From contig NMRA01000009.1 of NCBI GenBank assembly GCA_002633005.1, forward strand, positions 1,506,697 through 1,570,696: 64,000 nucleotides of DNA, written 5' to 3'. Below, piece by piece: positions 1 through 12,893 of the stretch (its first letter is position 1; each line of letters opens with the position of its first letter). The position numbers and the translations under genes were made by a program. The notes under the pieces were generated by a model. That model was not told the origin of the DNA, searched no databases, and was given only the letters and a program-made list of their open reading frames with translations. Origin of the DNA: Phoronis australis (Eukaryota > Animalia > Phoronida).

Positions 1-741
1 ACATCGACCTCGAGAAACATCGGAACCAGAAAATATCAGTTCTGGGTTATATCCATCCCGGGGAATATCGTAAAGCGTCAGGTCTTTTATAACCCATGCC
101 ATGAACATTCCCACTAAATAAGATTGCCCCAAACCCCGCCGATCAGAGAAAACGGTGGGGTTTGGCTGATTGAACTAGACCGTATTTATCTACCTTGGCT
201 GCGTTGTGCTCAGTTCACGATCAAAGGGATCCTGCCTAGCTGCTCTATTCATCGAGTCACGAGCGAAAAAAATTGGCTTCGCTCATGTGGATACGATCAG
301 CTGATTACAATCTAGCCTAGATGACCGTACTTTTAATGGAGAGCGTTTTACGTAGTTTTGAGTGTAATATTTGAAAAGAGGAGAGACAAAAAAATGCTGG
401 TACAAGTTTGAATTTTTCAAATCGGCCCAGAATAAGAGATTTAGCAACACAGCAACACTCACGATTACTTTCATTCGGCGCGCACGAATACAAAAATATA
501 GGACCCAAGTTAGGATAATATAGAACTACTCTGTATGTTATTTAGATTTTGGAACACATGCATTGCAATATTCAAAATACGTTTATTATAGCTCTTACAA
601 GCTGTAAAATGATGTTGTTTAATTTCATTGTGCTTATTCCATTGTCATCCGTCAAATCAGAAATTTCCGAGATGTGATCTGCGGCGTGCGCCTATGTATA
701 CAAAACACGGGATCGTTATGTTCCTGAAGTACAAACATTAA

Positions 742-907
742 GAAACTTTAGCATGCCATTATTATTGAAGGACACGATACAACGAATTTGGATTTTGACG
801 ATAGTCTTGATACAGCGAGCTAGCTAACTATAGGTACCACTGCATCAGTGTCTTGGCATGAGACCCAGAAATTTCACACAGCCCGCCATAGTTCAGCTCG
901 TCACCCA
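742..907 (+). repeat. 166-bp direct repeat, copy 1
   Basis: gaaactttagcatgcc...ctcgtcaccca reads identical to 1358-1523 on base-by-base comparison. Confidence 0.92.
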
Positions 908-1357
908 TGTAGGGCCTAAATCGAGCCTAATGTTATACTCCACGGTTGAGCTAACGACTGTCGGCCTGTGCACACAAAATGTGTGAGTTAACCGGCACTC
1001 ACCTTGCACGTTGCAGCCGTTTAAACGAAAAACAATCTAATAAACGCCATTTTCTTGCATAACCCTCAGCCTTTTGTAACAAAATCTGTTGTCGATGACC
1101 CGCACGTGCTAGCTCACTCTCTCATACGCAGACTAACTTCAAAACAAACCTCGCGTGACAACGTGTGTTCATCCAGAGATTTATCTCGTGTTGTGGGGTA
1201 CGATGTAGCGCAGATTTGGACTTAATGGCAATTAATCTGGACTCCACATGAACTTAAAAAATTGCAAAACATAATGAGGATTTCAAGTAATTTATTGAGT
1301 CGAAACTGTATTTTTATTCACGAATTCAAGTTTTCCTATCGACGATCGCGATTCAGT

Positions 1358-1523
1358 GAAACTTTAGCATGCCATTATTATTGAAGGACACGATACAACG
1401 AATTTGGATTTTGACGATAGTCTTGATACAGCGAGCTAGCTAACTATAGGTACCACTGCATCAGTGTCTTGGCATGAGACCCAGAAATTTCACACAGCCC
1501 GCCATAGTTCAGCTCGTCACCCA
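1358..1523 (+). repeat. 166-bp direct repeat, copy 2
   Basis: Identical to 742-907, with 450 bp between the copies. Confidence 0.92.
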
Positions 1524-2214
1524 CTTTGGCTGTCTTATGGGATAAAAACGAGGTGCACATCTCTAAGTCATGATTGTCTGCCGGGACTGCTTGCACGCTA
1601 ACAATGTGACCTACCAGTGCCGCAGTGCGATATCAGGGATATTGTCGTGGATGTTTGGTACATGTAATAAGGACATCTTAAGCAAAAAACAAACATATTT
1701 GTCCACCACAAAGTTTGGTAAGTTGATCGCTTAAGAATTGATAGAAACACCGCTGTTTTGTGAGGTTTTATCACGTGTTACGTGGCCCGAAACTTTCTTC
1801 GGCGAATCCGGAAATTTGCAAAAGTGGCCAAAAATGTTAGCCAATGGAACGCGTCAAAGATTGATTCTGCATATCCCATGTTCACGCCACTTGCTTACAA
1901 GTCATCGGGAGGGCCTGTTCTCAGTTAGTGTTCTTTTGAAGTTGGATTTGGCAACAACCAAATAATGGTCGGATTAGCAAGAGTTGCTTAATGTTTGCCA
2001 GGTGTCTGCCGAGAAGTGTAAAAACTCAGCTCGCATTCATTGGAAATTCCAGGTCGCATTTTGCGACTTGATACGAGCTGACAAAAATCTCAGCTCGCAT
2101 TTCCAAATTTCAAGCCGCAAATGCGGCCTGCAGCTCGTTATGTCAAGCCTTGAAATGTATCCCTGTTGAGATGTCATATGGACGATGTTTTGGAAGGATT
2201 TCAGTGCCGCTTTC

Positions 2215-2870
2215 CCCATTGACAATTTCAGTATTTTACATTTCCCTGCATATATTCAGAGTTCTTAGATGGATATTCATGAAATTTGACAAACAGGTTT
2301 CTGTTAAGGAGACCTCTGACAAATTTCTGTATTTAGATGGATTTGATGTATTCTCTGCCACTTAGTGGTTTTTTATATTATTTACGAGTCTTGTTTTTTG
2401 GCATCTGCCTATCCATCTGCCAAACTGCTCGAATATGAATATTAACAGATGTCTTCCTGCTGAAAAGACGACAGCTGACCTGGATTCTCGGTTGGGTCTG
2501 ACTTCTGTGGTGTCCCACAGTGGCAACTTTTTGGCATCAATGGCTTGCAGGATTTTTGTGAACTTTCGACTTGTGTTTTTCTATGACTGACAATGTATGC
2601 TGATGATTTTCGGGTAGATCTGACTACCTGACAGGTGTGAACTGTGGTGGGAATTATATTTTTTATGCTTACCTCTATTTCTTCAGAGTTCCTTGACAGA
2701 TTTTCTTGAAGTGTTGCAGATAAATTTCTATTACAGAGATGACAACTTTCTATTTTTGGGTGGATCAGATATATTCTGTGCTACCTCGCACTCATTTTTT
2801 ATTTTTTGCGCTGGCATTCACGTAAATGCCAAATCACTCCAAGAATCATTTAGAAAATTGGCAGATTTAT
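2215..2870 (+). mobile_element. Diverged, truncated copy of the Helentron-associated (HINE/DINE-1-like) tandem-repeat element
   Basis: Shares blocks such as tttacgagtcttgttttttggcatctgcct..ccatctgccaa with ~17030 and aligns to subunits of the 33540 copy. Boundaries approximate. Confidence 0.6.
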
Positions 2871-3264
2871 AATTACCTACATACTTCATTTGAAATAAAA
2901 AACAATAATCAAATACTCTATATGCAATGGGGCTTTTTGGAAAAGTATGCCAGTGAGCTGAGGCATACACACCTGGACTTTGCTAGGTCATTTAGAGAAG
3001 GAGCATTGTGACTTAACAGAATTTCACCAATCAATGTCAAAATACATCACATCGATTTTAAAAAGACAGAGATAAAAATTAGTTATGAAAAACGCAAAGA
3101 ATATGATGATCAATACCATATAAGAACATGTTATTTGCAAAAGATTACAAAGAGTTTTCTGACATTTGAAATATGCACCAAAAATATTTTAATACCACGC
3201 ACCAATGTCTCTACAAATGTCGAAATTGTCTTATCAGCTTCATCATAACAACATTTGAGCCCAG

Positions 3265-4640
3265 GGCCCGGTCTCCAATCTCCGTACTCAGACTCGAATC
3301 ATGCTCAAACTCACACTTCATACTCAACTCGAGTACAGACTCAGCTTTGGTGTATTCAATGTCATACTCGAAAAATATGTTCTCCAAATTTCGAGCACGT
3401 ACTCAGTTTTCGAGTGTACTCGAACTGAAGTGTATCTCATCTATATTTCGAGTACGATTTTGAGTAAAAATTCCGAGTCTATGCTCAAATTTCAAGTTTG
3501 GTATGGCAGTGTGCTTGAAATCGTACTCGAAAATAAATACGAGCCAGAGAACAAAATATCAAAAGGGAACCAAGAAACACAGCAAATCTAAAAAAATAAG
3601 TCCTTACCGTATCTCAGCACTTCAATTTCAGTTCAGGGATAATAGTTTTCATATTTAATCTTCTTAGTCTTCACCTTATTAACCCGCCGTATCACTATAT
3701 GTTATGGCCGCCATTCTACCTCTACAATTCCTGGCAACAGGCGCATTGTAATCCCTTGTAGCCGAGTCATAACAAGTGCCGAAAGCAGTTGTGGGAAAAG
3801 TCGTGTGAGAAGTTTGTGCTGCCCTTATTTCGGTATGTGTGCCTACGTTTTGTATGGTTTCCAAAAGACGAGGAGGGGAGGGAAGTTAAAAACAGTTCGC
3901 TTCCCTGTCAGGTACATTTCTCATCATGACTTAGTCATCTATAATTCCTCAATCCCCAAATGGAATTCCAGATTTTGTTTGCCGATTTCTAAGTAGACAT
4001 CTTGTCCCGTTCACTGCCACTGGTGAACTCTGAATGCCTGCACAAGTATTGTTTTTTAACTCACGTGCCAAACGTCAACTCACTTGATACATCCCAGTCG
4101 GATACAGTATCAAAGTTTGACATCAGCGTAGGCCTACACTGCAATGGGTTTATGTCAAGACTAAATTAGCAACAGAGATGTAATGTGATAAGCTGTTACA
4201 TATTTCTTAAGACATTTTCGGGACTGGGTGAGGAACTCAAGAAGTAAAGCTTAATAATTGACAAATGTAACAAAGAAATGGCATAAGAATATTTATTGAA
4301 ACTAAAAAATGAATAACAGTTACAGAACACTCAGAATTCCACGTTATAGACATACTGTTGTAGTTGTTGCGACAGCAGACGATAATGTAGGCCTAGTTCT
4401 TGGGGTGGTCTATTCCAATAGGGAGCGATGAATCAGCGCGGCTTTGCGTGATTTTGTATTTCACATCATAAAGAGTTCCATAGCAACTCGAGTATGAGTG
4501 TCAGATTTGAGTACGTTTGGAGTCTACTCGAAATATGACATTAGATACGCTTTTTTGAGTACGACTCCAGTGAGCACGATTTTGAGTATGAAATCTCGAG
4601 TATTAGTATGAGTCTGAGTACAGAGATTGGATACCGGGCC
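3265..4640. mobile_element. Non-autonomous PIF/Harbinger-type DNA transposon
   Basis: ~31-bp TIRs (ggcccggt[c/a]tccaatct[cc/ct]gtactcagactc, 2 mismatches), CAG duplicated at 3262-3264 and 4641-4643 (CWG 3-bp TSD), and many subterminal actcga/tcgagt motifs at both ends. Confidence 0.85.
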
Positions 4641-5369
4641 CAGGTGTATGAGAAGGTAGAAATCACCATTACTTGTGCTCAATATTTTTACTGTGAAGTT
4701 AATTAATAAAAAGTATGCGTCATTTGCATTTTTCGATGCCTTTAAAACCTAAAGAAACTTTCTCCCTTGTACTTTCGTTCTCAAGTCTTATATAAAATGG
4801 AGGTACAAAACGGTGTTTCAAGAAGATATCTCGTTCCTGGAGGAGAAGTGAACTATCCTGTGCAACTAAAAGTTTAAAATTCAGACAAAACTGTACTTAC
4901 TGACCTGGTAAGTACTCAACTGATCTCAAAGTTTACTGTAGACTCAATTTTATGTACATTAAATGCAAGTCTCAACTCTCAAGCCAAAAGGTCTTGCTCA
5001 AAAGTTGTATTTACTTCCAATGACCTTTGACCTATAAAATATGATTAGACAAGCACCTCAATCAAAATAGTAACGTGTAATTAAATTGCTGCCTTTGACC
5101 AGTTGATAAGTAAAACTTTATTTACATACTAGCAACAAAAGTTTGTGAGAAACAAGAAGAATAAGCTAAAAACCTTGTATGCAACAGTAGTCTACTTTAA
5201 ATTTGTAAGCCCAGGTAAACAAAGTGTGAAACTAGGACCTGAAAACCAATAGTGCCAGAGGACTGCAGTCACATAACTTCTGTCAAAATGCATTGAAATC
5301 GGTACATACGGTCTCATCCAGAAACGCTCTCCCCCAAAATACTGAAAAAGCCATATGTCGTGACCAAGA

Positions 5370-5880
5370 TGGCCACTAGGGGGTGCTACAGTAGTCAAAT
5401 CCATTTGAAAATCAACTGATGTAGGCAGATTGCCATAGCATATGCATACTATTGTATTTCAAATTTTGTTGAAATCTGTCTATCACTTCTGCAGATATGA
5501 TCTGGAAATGCTCTTCTGCCAAAAATTACTGGAAAGCACCATCCATTGACTGAAAAGTGGCATACACTAGTGATACCCTACAAAAATGACAAATTTTATC
5601 ACAATCCAGCCAGGGTTTTCTTAGATATCGAGCAGACAACTGAACAACCAAACAAAATCAAAGTTGGTTGATGTAGTTTTGGACTCCCTTCATAAATCAA
5701 TTGCCAGTGGCACATTGCCATTTAACATACACCTCTGTGTCAAGTTTCAAGTAAATCCATCTAGCAGTTCTCTACATATCATCCGAAAATGCTCTTCTCC
5801 AAACAAATCGGAAAAGTCCCTTGTTGAAACTAAAATGGCCACTAAGCCATGCTGCAATAGTCGGATATGTACATAAAATG
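5370..5880 (-). mobile_element. Degraded HINE-like repeat fragments in reverse orientation
   Basis: ggccactagggggtgctacagtagtcaaa at ~5371 matches the subunit of the 53 kb copy, and aagtttcaagtaaatccatc / aaaatggccact motifs resemble such cores. Confidence 0.4.
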
Positions 5881-6857
5881 ACTGGTGGCAGTGAATTCAT
5901 CAACAGCATAATATGTTCTGAACAGCTGTTACAAAACAAAACTGTGATAAAATTTTGGACATTTTTACGAACCAGCCTAACCAGTCTTTGAATCATATTT
6001 CGAAAATAAATGAATAACAAGAACGGTTATAACATTGTAAAATCCTCATCGGGTAGCTGCACTCATTCATGAAACCAGATCATTGACCGTAGGGTGTAGC
6101 CTACGTCGTCTGTTTTCACGAAGATGTTAAAAGTGCCACCGTTGATGAAAGGTCAGGCGAATATGCCTGTTGTAGCATTGTTGCAGGTACGTTGACGCAT
6201 TTCTATGGATTCTGGAGCGTTGGTACAAAGCTGTATACTAAGTATACGACAGTCTGTTGATACAGCTAGCTGGCTGGATAGGTTCACGTTTTGCTGGGAC
6301 GGTTGTCATTGCTGCTCGTGTAATACTGTCGCCGATAGTAATCGGGTGCTTTCATGGCCAGTGACAACAGTGTTTGATATTGGCGAGGAATCGGTGCCTG
6401 AGTTGCAGACGATATAATATATAGAAATCAAAAACTGAGACAGAACTGTCATATAATTATTAGTCCTGTTCCAGCTGTTACGATTGAGACCTGGTTGCAT
6501 GTTGAGTGGTGTTTACATTGCTACAATTGTACTACTTTAAGCTAATCCGAAAGTTTGATGATCTGACCAGCTAACGATTTTGAGTCGACATTGACCTACC
6601 TTTTAAACCTTCACTGTCAGAGGTCACTGTTGAAGTAGTGCTGGAGGTGAATATGGAAAACATTATTACATGGCCGTGTTTCCCTCGACAGATTCAACAC
6701 GTATGGGATAAAGATCGATGATAACAATGAGTGCAACGACGGCCTCCGAGACAGTGGTTTGGCAATGTGAATTATCTCAAATATTTCTAAATATGGCTAG
6801 CACGCTATCTGTGGCCACAATCACGTGACCTAAAGAATATCAGTCTGAAAATATTTC

Positions 6858-6931
6858 TGCCCCAACGGGGACTCAAACCCAGGGCCTTCTGCTAACCGTG
6901 CAGACGCTCTAGTCCACCAAGCCATCGGGAC
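6858..6931 (-). mobile_element. tRNA-like head of a tRNA-derived SINE (pseudo-tRNA)
   Basis: The reverse complement folds into a 74-nt cloverleaf: GTCCCGA/TTGGGGC acceptor, GCTT/GAGC D stem, TCTGC/GCAGA anticodon stem, CTGGG-TTTGAGT-CCCCG T arm. A box TGGCTTGGTGG and a degenerate B box are present. The anticodon loop ACGGTTA lacks U33. Related copies lie at ~17300 and ~17550. Confidence 0.7.
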
Positions 6932-8286
6932 CACCAGTCGAATACAGAAATTCAATCAGACTTTAAGTTAATACATTTATGCACACAGTCTCGAACATAA
7001 ACATCCCAAACACAATAAGCACATCTGAATTAGTTTTTCAAACTTTTATTTCGTCAAAAAACTAATTAAATGCTCTCTGACTCGGAAGTAGTGAGAGATG
7101 GCACATGAACACAAGAATTTTAAAATGAAGCATTATAGAAAAAATTCAACATTGAAGCTTTTTGTGTACAAGGTGGAAAAATAATGAAAGCTGCTAGATC
7201 ATGAGACTGGCAATCTTGTTATGAAATTGATCCGTTTTCAAAAAATGCAGTCATTCATTTAATTAAAAGTGGCTGTTCAGTACTCCGTGTTAATTCAACA
7301 TCTGTGCAAGAGGTGCTTGTGTTTAGGCGACTCAACGGAAAATTTAATAAGGTGACATCCACTTTATTTACAGCAGATAAAAACCAAGACGCAAAACATC
7401 AAAATTTGAAAGCATTTCCACTTTAAATTTAAATCTCTGCTGAACCCCTTAAAGCGAAGGCAAGGGTTGTGTCGAGCTAATGACCTGAGCATAGTGCCTC
7501 CAATTTGTGGCCTGCTAATTTGTCGGACCTGTCAAAAATCTCTGCTTTCACTTTATTGCCAAAAATGTTCCAAATCATTATGGTGTGTTTGTTCACGACA
7601 GCTCTGCAATATAGAGTTTTCAAGTAATCAGTTAAAATTGTCTTCTTGTTTACTCCAACGTGTTGAAAAATTTGATTCAATAAAATTTTACTGTTCCACC
7701 ATATTGTGTTCTAATTTCTATATATGTATCATTTTCATTACACCATATCTTATATGTCAATTGTCATTTTGTGTTTGATTTTACTTTATTTCTGTTTTTG
7801 TTGATAAAGGAAGTTGTTACCTCCGAAAATTTCAAATTTCAGTTGATCCATTCTTGTTGTTTTATTTACCGATTTATAAATATGATTCATTTCTAATATA
7901 TACCGCGGTTTGCTAATGAACCAAAAAATGTCCACTTGTGCAAAAATCATCAGAATTTCAAAATGTTATTTCTCCTGTAGTTAGAGAGGTGTGGACAGGT
8001 ATAAAGCAACTTGCTAATTACATGCATTGCTATTCTAAGGGTCCCTGTTGTCCAATCAGTTTTTATTGATCAAAGGCATTTGATTTAAGCATTGATTTCG
8101 AGCAAGACATTTCAATTTAATGGATATGATTGGTAATCGTAGAAAACATTTAATCCTAATCTTTGAGGTCACTTGGTGCACTCACTGGGTCACTACTTGC
8201 AATTTCTTGTGAATACCATCTCTACCTTGATTACCAAAGGTCAAATTTCTTTGATGAAGTTGATCTATACCCATAAAACATAATAA

Positions 8287-9257
8287 TTTTTATGCGCCCT
8301 CATATTTGTATGTGGGTGCATATTGTCGTCATCTCTGTCTGGGAATCTGCCGTCTGTGGTTGTATCTGCTAAACCCCTTGCAGAATCTTACTGAAATATG
8401 GCAGGTGTGTTCCTATGGGGTTGATGACAGAGGGCGACGAGTTTCAGACTGACCCGAATACCCCTGTGCCCCCCTAGTGGCAATTTCAGTTTTTTACATT
8501 TGCCTCTGTATCTTCAAAGGTCCTCAACCGATTTTCATGAAATTTGGCAAATAGGTATCTATTAATGAGGTGACGCTATCCTCTCGTTTTGGGATGGATT
8601 TGAGGCATTTTGCACCATCTTGTGGCCATTTTTACTATTTTCGGGTCAGTTTTTTGGCATCCGTCCCTCTATCAACCGAAGCACTCTAAGGATGATTACT
8701 AAAATTGGCATGTAGGTTCTTATTATGTATGAAGAGGACGGTTGACGATGATTTTCTGACTACTGTAGCGCCTCCTAGTGGCAGTTTTGTTTGTTTTTGT
8801 GCCCAGGCAGTGTACGCTCTACAGGATCTAGCAAATGTATTTATATGAAGTTGACAATGGACTATGACGACTTTTGGACAGATCAAAGTTCCAGTGTGTC
8901 CCCTAGTGGCAATTTTATTTTTTTATGTTTACCTCTGTATTTTCGAATGTCCGCCATGGATTTCCATAAAATTTGGCACATAGGCAACTATTAATGAGGT
9001 TATGCTATCCTCTTCTTTTCGGATGGATTCGAGATATTTTGCGTCACCTAGTGGGCATTTTTATTGTTTTCAAGTCTGTTTTTTGGCGTCCGTCCCTCCG
9101 TCAACCAAACCACTCTAAGGATGGTTGTGAAAATTGTCATGTATGTTCTTACTATGAAGAGGACGATTGGCAATGATTTTCCAACGACTTCGACTGCTGT
9201 GGCACTTCCTAGTGACAGTTTTGTTTTTTTTTGTGCCCATACCTGTATCTCCTAAGC
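8287..9257 (+). mobile_element. Helentron-associated (HINE/DINE-1-like) element with internal tandem array, 3' truncated
   Basis: Starts tttttatgcgccctcatatttgtatgtgggtgcata (5' hairpin) and carries six ~130-160-bp subunits with tagtggc-type motifs at ~8474, 8622, 8777, 8903, 9048 and 9210. Clearly homologous to 33540-34700. Confidence 0.8.
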
Positions 9258-9614
9258 CCTCTTCAGTTCTCCATCTAAAAGACTTAAAAGAAAATCCTGA
9301 ACACACTTTTGTGGCTAATAGTATGAACAGAATTTGCAGGTTTTATGTGAAAAATTGTTGTTTGTGGAAACATTGTTGATCTCTAAAAGATCACAGTTTT
9401 CATAATTACAAATCTCTCTCATCAGTTCCCTTATTATTCCCTTCTAGCTCATGTTTCACTAGCTCATGGACATGTATTTATGTGCAGAATCCAGTATTGT
9501 ACCATACTGTGACAATTATGTTCTAGTTTTGTTATGTTATCATCTCGGTGTTATCGTCAACGTACAGAAATCATTGCTACTGCAGTTAGAAAGATATGTT
9601 GCCATGAGACGCAT

Positions 9615-9618
<4 letters not shown>

Positions 9619-9684
<66 letters not shown>
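9619..9684. repeat. (CA)33 microsatellite
   Basis: Perfect CA run. Confidence 0.97.
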
Positions 9685-9687
<3 letters not shown>

Positions 9688-12600
9688 TTAAGGCGTGAAA
9701 TGCTGCACTTGTCAATATTTCATTATTAAAACATTTAGGTGGATAGACTGGAGCCAGTTTGATGTGAGTTTATGTATAATTATTTTGTGCATCCTTCTTC
9801 ATCGTTTGTTTAGTGTCTTTACTATATTTTTGGATGTAACAATTAATGTTTACTTTGGATTTCATTGCAGAACCGCTTTGTCAGATGTGATTTACCTTAT
9901 GACTGCTGTCTAGAGTGTTAACCATTTTAAAGGTTTTGTATATACAATGGTTTGTGTGAAGTATATCTCAAAGAATTTAGGCTAATCCTCTGTTTACCAA
10001 ATAAAGTGCTCCAAATGCAAGCCAGGTGTTACACTCTACTTAACGTTTATCATCACCTTCGTTTTCTTCTTTGTTCAGTTTCACCAAGTTTTACACTCAA
10101 AAGCCTTTTCATTTACAGTTTGCTCATGACTTAATTTTGAGTAATTATACACTTTATGTTGTGAGCATCAATGCCATCTGCTGCATGTGCTGAAGTGCAA
10201 ATGGTAGCGGACATGCTCTATCTTTAATTGAAGCATTGTTATTTCCTGTGAATGTGGGAATTAACATTACTAACATGGCTGACCCCAAGGTTGAACTTCA
10301 GTTACATAAAGCAATGAGGATGCAAAACCTCAATAACCTAAATATGATTTAACCATTGGCTGATGAAGGTAGTCATGACAGATTCTTTTTAATGCCTTAT
10401 ACAGTATTCACCACCATCCATAATCCCACACTGTTGTAGAGAATGGAACTTTAGATCTTGTACAATTTTGTGCCAAGGTGTATATCAGGGGGCAGCTCCA
10501 GGCATCAGTTGATTTTGGGGATCTTGACATGATTTTCAAAGCCACTAGAAGAAAATCGGGTTTTGACTTGAGGAAATTGTTGTCCATGATTTTGTTCATA
10601 TTTTGTAATGATTTGTAGGTTGTACAACTCCAGACGCCAGTTGCATATTTGATGACCTTGACAACATAGTGAGTTTTGACGTGAGTTGCCACTGGTTGCC
10701 AGCTTCCCTTATATTTGCTGTAGGCTTGGGGCTTATTTGTCGCTAGCTGGATTCTTCTATATTACTGACCGGGCATGCAGAATGGAAAGATGCAATTAAG
10801 TGGTTCACTTCTGTGCACCCAACATTGGCTAGAAAATAATACCTCCATATTTTCATTTTGATTGAATTCACTATAACCTTGTGCAAAGGAGTTCTATGTT
10901 AGGATTTTCATTGTCCAACAATGGCATCAAAATGCTGAGTGTACTACAGAAACATGCCGTTAATCAGGAAAGAATTATGTTGAGTAAAAAAACTTATACG
11001 AAAGTGTTTGTCGAGGTCTCCAACGAGGAAAATAAATTCTTTTCAGCCGACTCTTTAAGAGGGTGATATCCTCATTTTTCAGCGACCCAAGCAGTGGAGT
11101 GCTTCCTGAGTAATGAATAATATTGCATTTTGAGTTGGGAGGGGATAACTAGTTCCCATAGTGGCGTAGAAATTTCCGGAGGGCTGTAAATCCTGGGTTA
11201 TCACCAGGTCCTGGTTGAGAAGATAATTATTTTATTACCCCTTTTGGGTTTTGGAAGGCTCTTTTCATACTAACTAAACTCCGGTATAAGCAGTATGAAC
11301 AGAGCTCGATGCAAACTATGAAGTTAACTGAATTGTTCATACCAACTTCCGTAGTTGGGGCATTTCAGCAAACGGTAGGTGACGCTGTCATCATCGAAGT
11401 AATCGCAAGGTAGCGCTGATGCATCCCTGCACATGAAGATTTTTTATGTGACAATTTGAGAACAGTTGTGTGCCAATTGACATAACAGTTATTTCTAATT
11501 CAATTGGTGTTTATTCGAGCAAAATATAAGCAACTATTAGTGACGACACAGCCCTTAATTGTTGACGTAGCATTAAACCCTGGCGATAACTTCAAGGAGG
11601 CTGAGGTTGATCGTTCATACCACACTACATTGTCGCTGTTATTAATCCACCTGTTTACTGCTAAATGAACTGGTGTTGGTAACTTCAATCCAGGACCGAA
11701 GTTAACCGTTCACACCGACCACAGTTCCCCAAAACTTTGACGCGTTGACGTTAGTCAATGAAATGACCTGAATAGTCAAGCCCGGAAAGGTATTGATCCA
11801 AACGCTGTAGCGTCTGGGGTACAGGCGAATTTAGACGAGAGTTCCAAGATTTTTTTCATCGCCTGAGGGACACGTGTGCTATCTCAAATCTGCACTGTCA
11901 CAATAGAATTAAGCCATTGTTGCAAAATGCCCATAACCTATACAAGTTACTCCTAGAACGAGTCGTCGATAGATTTGGAGGCTGTGTGGATGCTACTTAA
12001 ACTAGTACAACATGCCCCACTTGACAACTTACTCCACATTATGGAGGTGGGGTAACTAATGTTTAAGGGTAACTTACGCCACTTCTAATCGCTGTGTGGC
12101 TGTAATCCTTGGGCAAGGCGGAAGTAATTATCTGCTGCGGTTACATACAGATGGGTCTTCTATTGTGGGCCATATTCGCATTGGCCATCAATTTTCATAC
12201 GTAGAGCAATAACTTGTCCCATACCCTGGTTATCGGATATGTGTGTGTGTGTGTGTGGATGCTCCACTTGAATTAGTAAGGTAAGTTGCACAAGTGAAAG
12301 TTGTTCTACCGTAGGCCTCTTATGTAATATAGTAATTATTTTGCAGTAAATTCCAGAAGTTGTGATTCATCATTTTTCCTCAACTAAATACAAAGTGTAC
12401 CAATTTCTCCCTAAGTGTGTCAGCTTGCTTTTATATGTGTACTGAATCAGTTGCTAGTTAAATAAATAAAAGCTGCTGTATGTATCAAAAGTCCCATTTA
12501 GACATCAACTTTTGGCCCCCCCCCCTCCCCCCACGCAACTTTACACACACAACTCACTAACTGTGACAAGATGGAAATTGCAGGCTGGAGGGACTGGATC

Positions 12601-12704
12601 GCACATGCTCAGGTTTACAAATGACGAGAGTTGCTGAGACAAAGAACCTGCATGTAGGTCATTAAGCAAGCGCAGTAGAGATGATCCTTTCCGCCTTGCC
12701 CCAG

Positions 12705-12893
12705 TTCGCGTTTAGACATATAATTGACACGGAGCAAAATGTTTGGGTGCAAATTGCTCTACAACACAAACGGGTGGCAAAATTTGTCACCGCGGTGTCA
12801 GTTTGCTCGGTGTCAGTCCCGTTTACACACTGGAACAACTCGTTCGTTCCGTGTCAGCTGATCCGTGTCAACTTTTGAAGTGTAAACGGCACT
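12705..12893. mobile_element. Right half of a Harbinger-like MITE
   Basis: Ends gtgtaaacggcac-taa (Harbinger-like terminus plus TAA), with repeated gtttacac/gtttagac and gtgtca motifs. No matching left end was found. Confidence 0.35.

Noticed and set aside
128-180. GC hairpin followed by CTAG, resembling a Helitron 3' end
   Set aside because: CTAG is followed by A rather than T, the 5' part is outside the window, and it could equally be a TIR end.
6858-6931. Functional tRNA-Thr(GGT) gene
   Set aside because: It has no U33, a mutated T loop and T stem, an anticodon not normally used in eukaryotes, and degraded sibling copies sharing downstream sequence.
9466-9729. ORF with a long HT repeat
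   Set aside because: It is a translation of the (CA)n microsatellite.
10408-10692. 94-aa minus-strand ORF with faint LINE C-terminal resemblance (VIKYATGVW)
   Set aside because: Similarity is too weak to call and there are no supporting RT motifs nearby.
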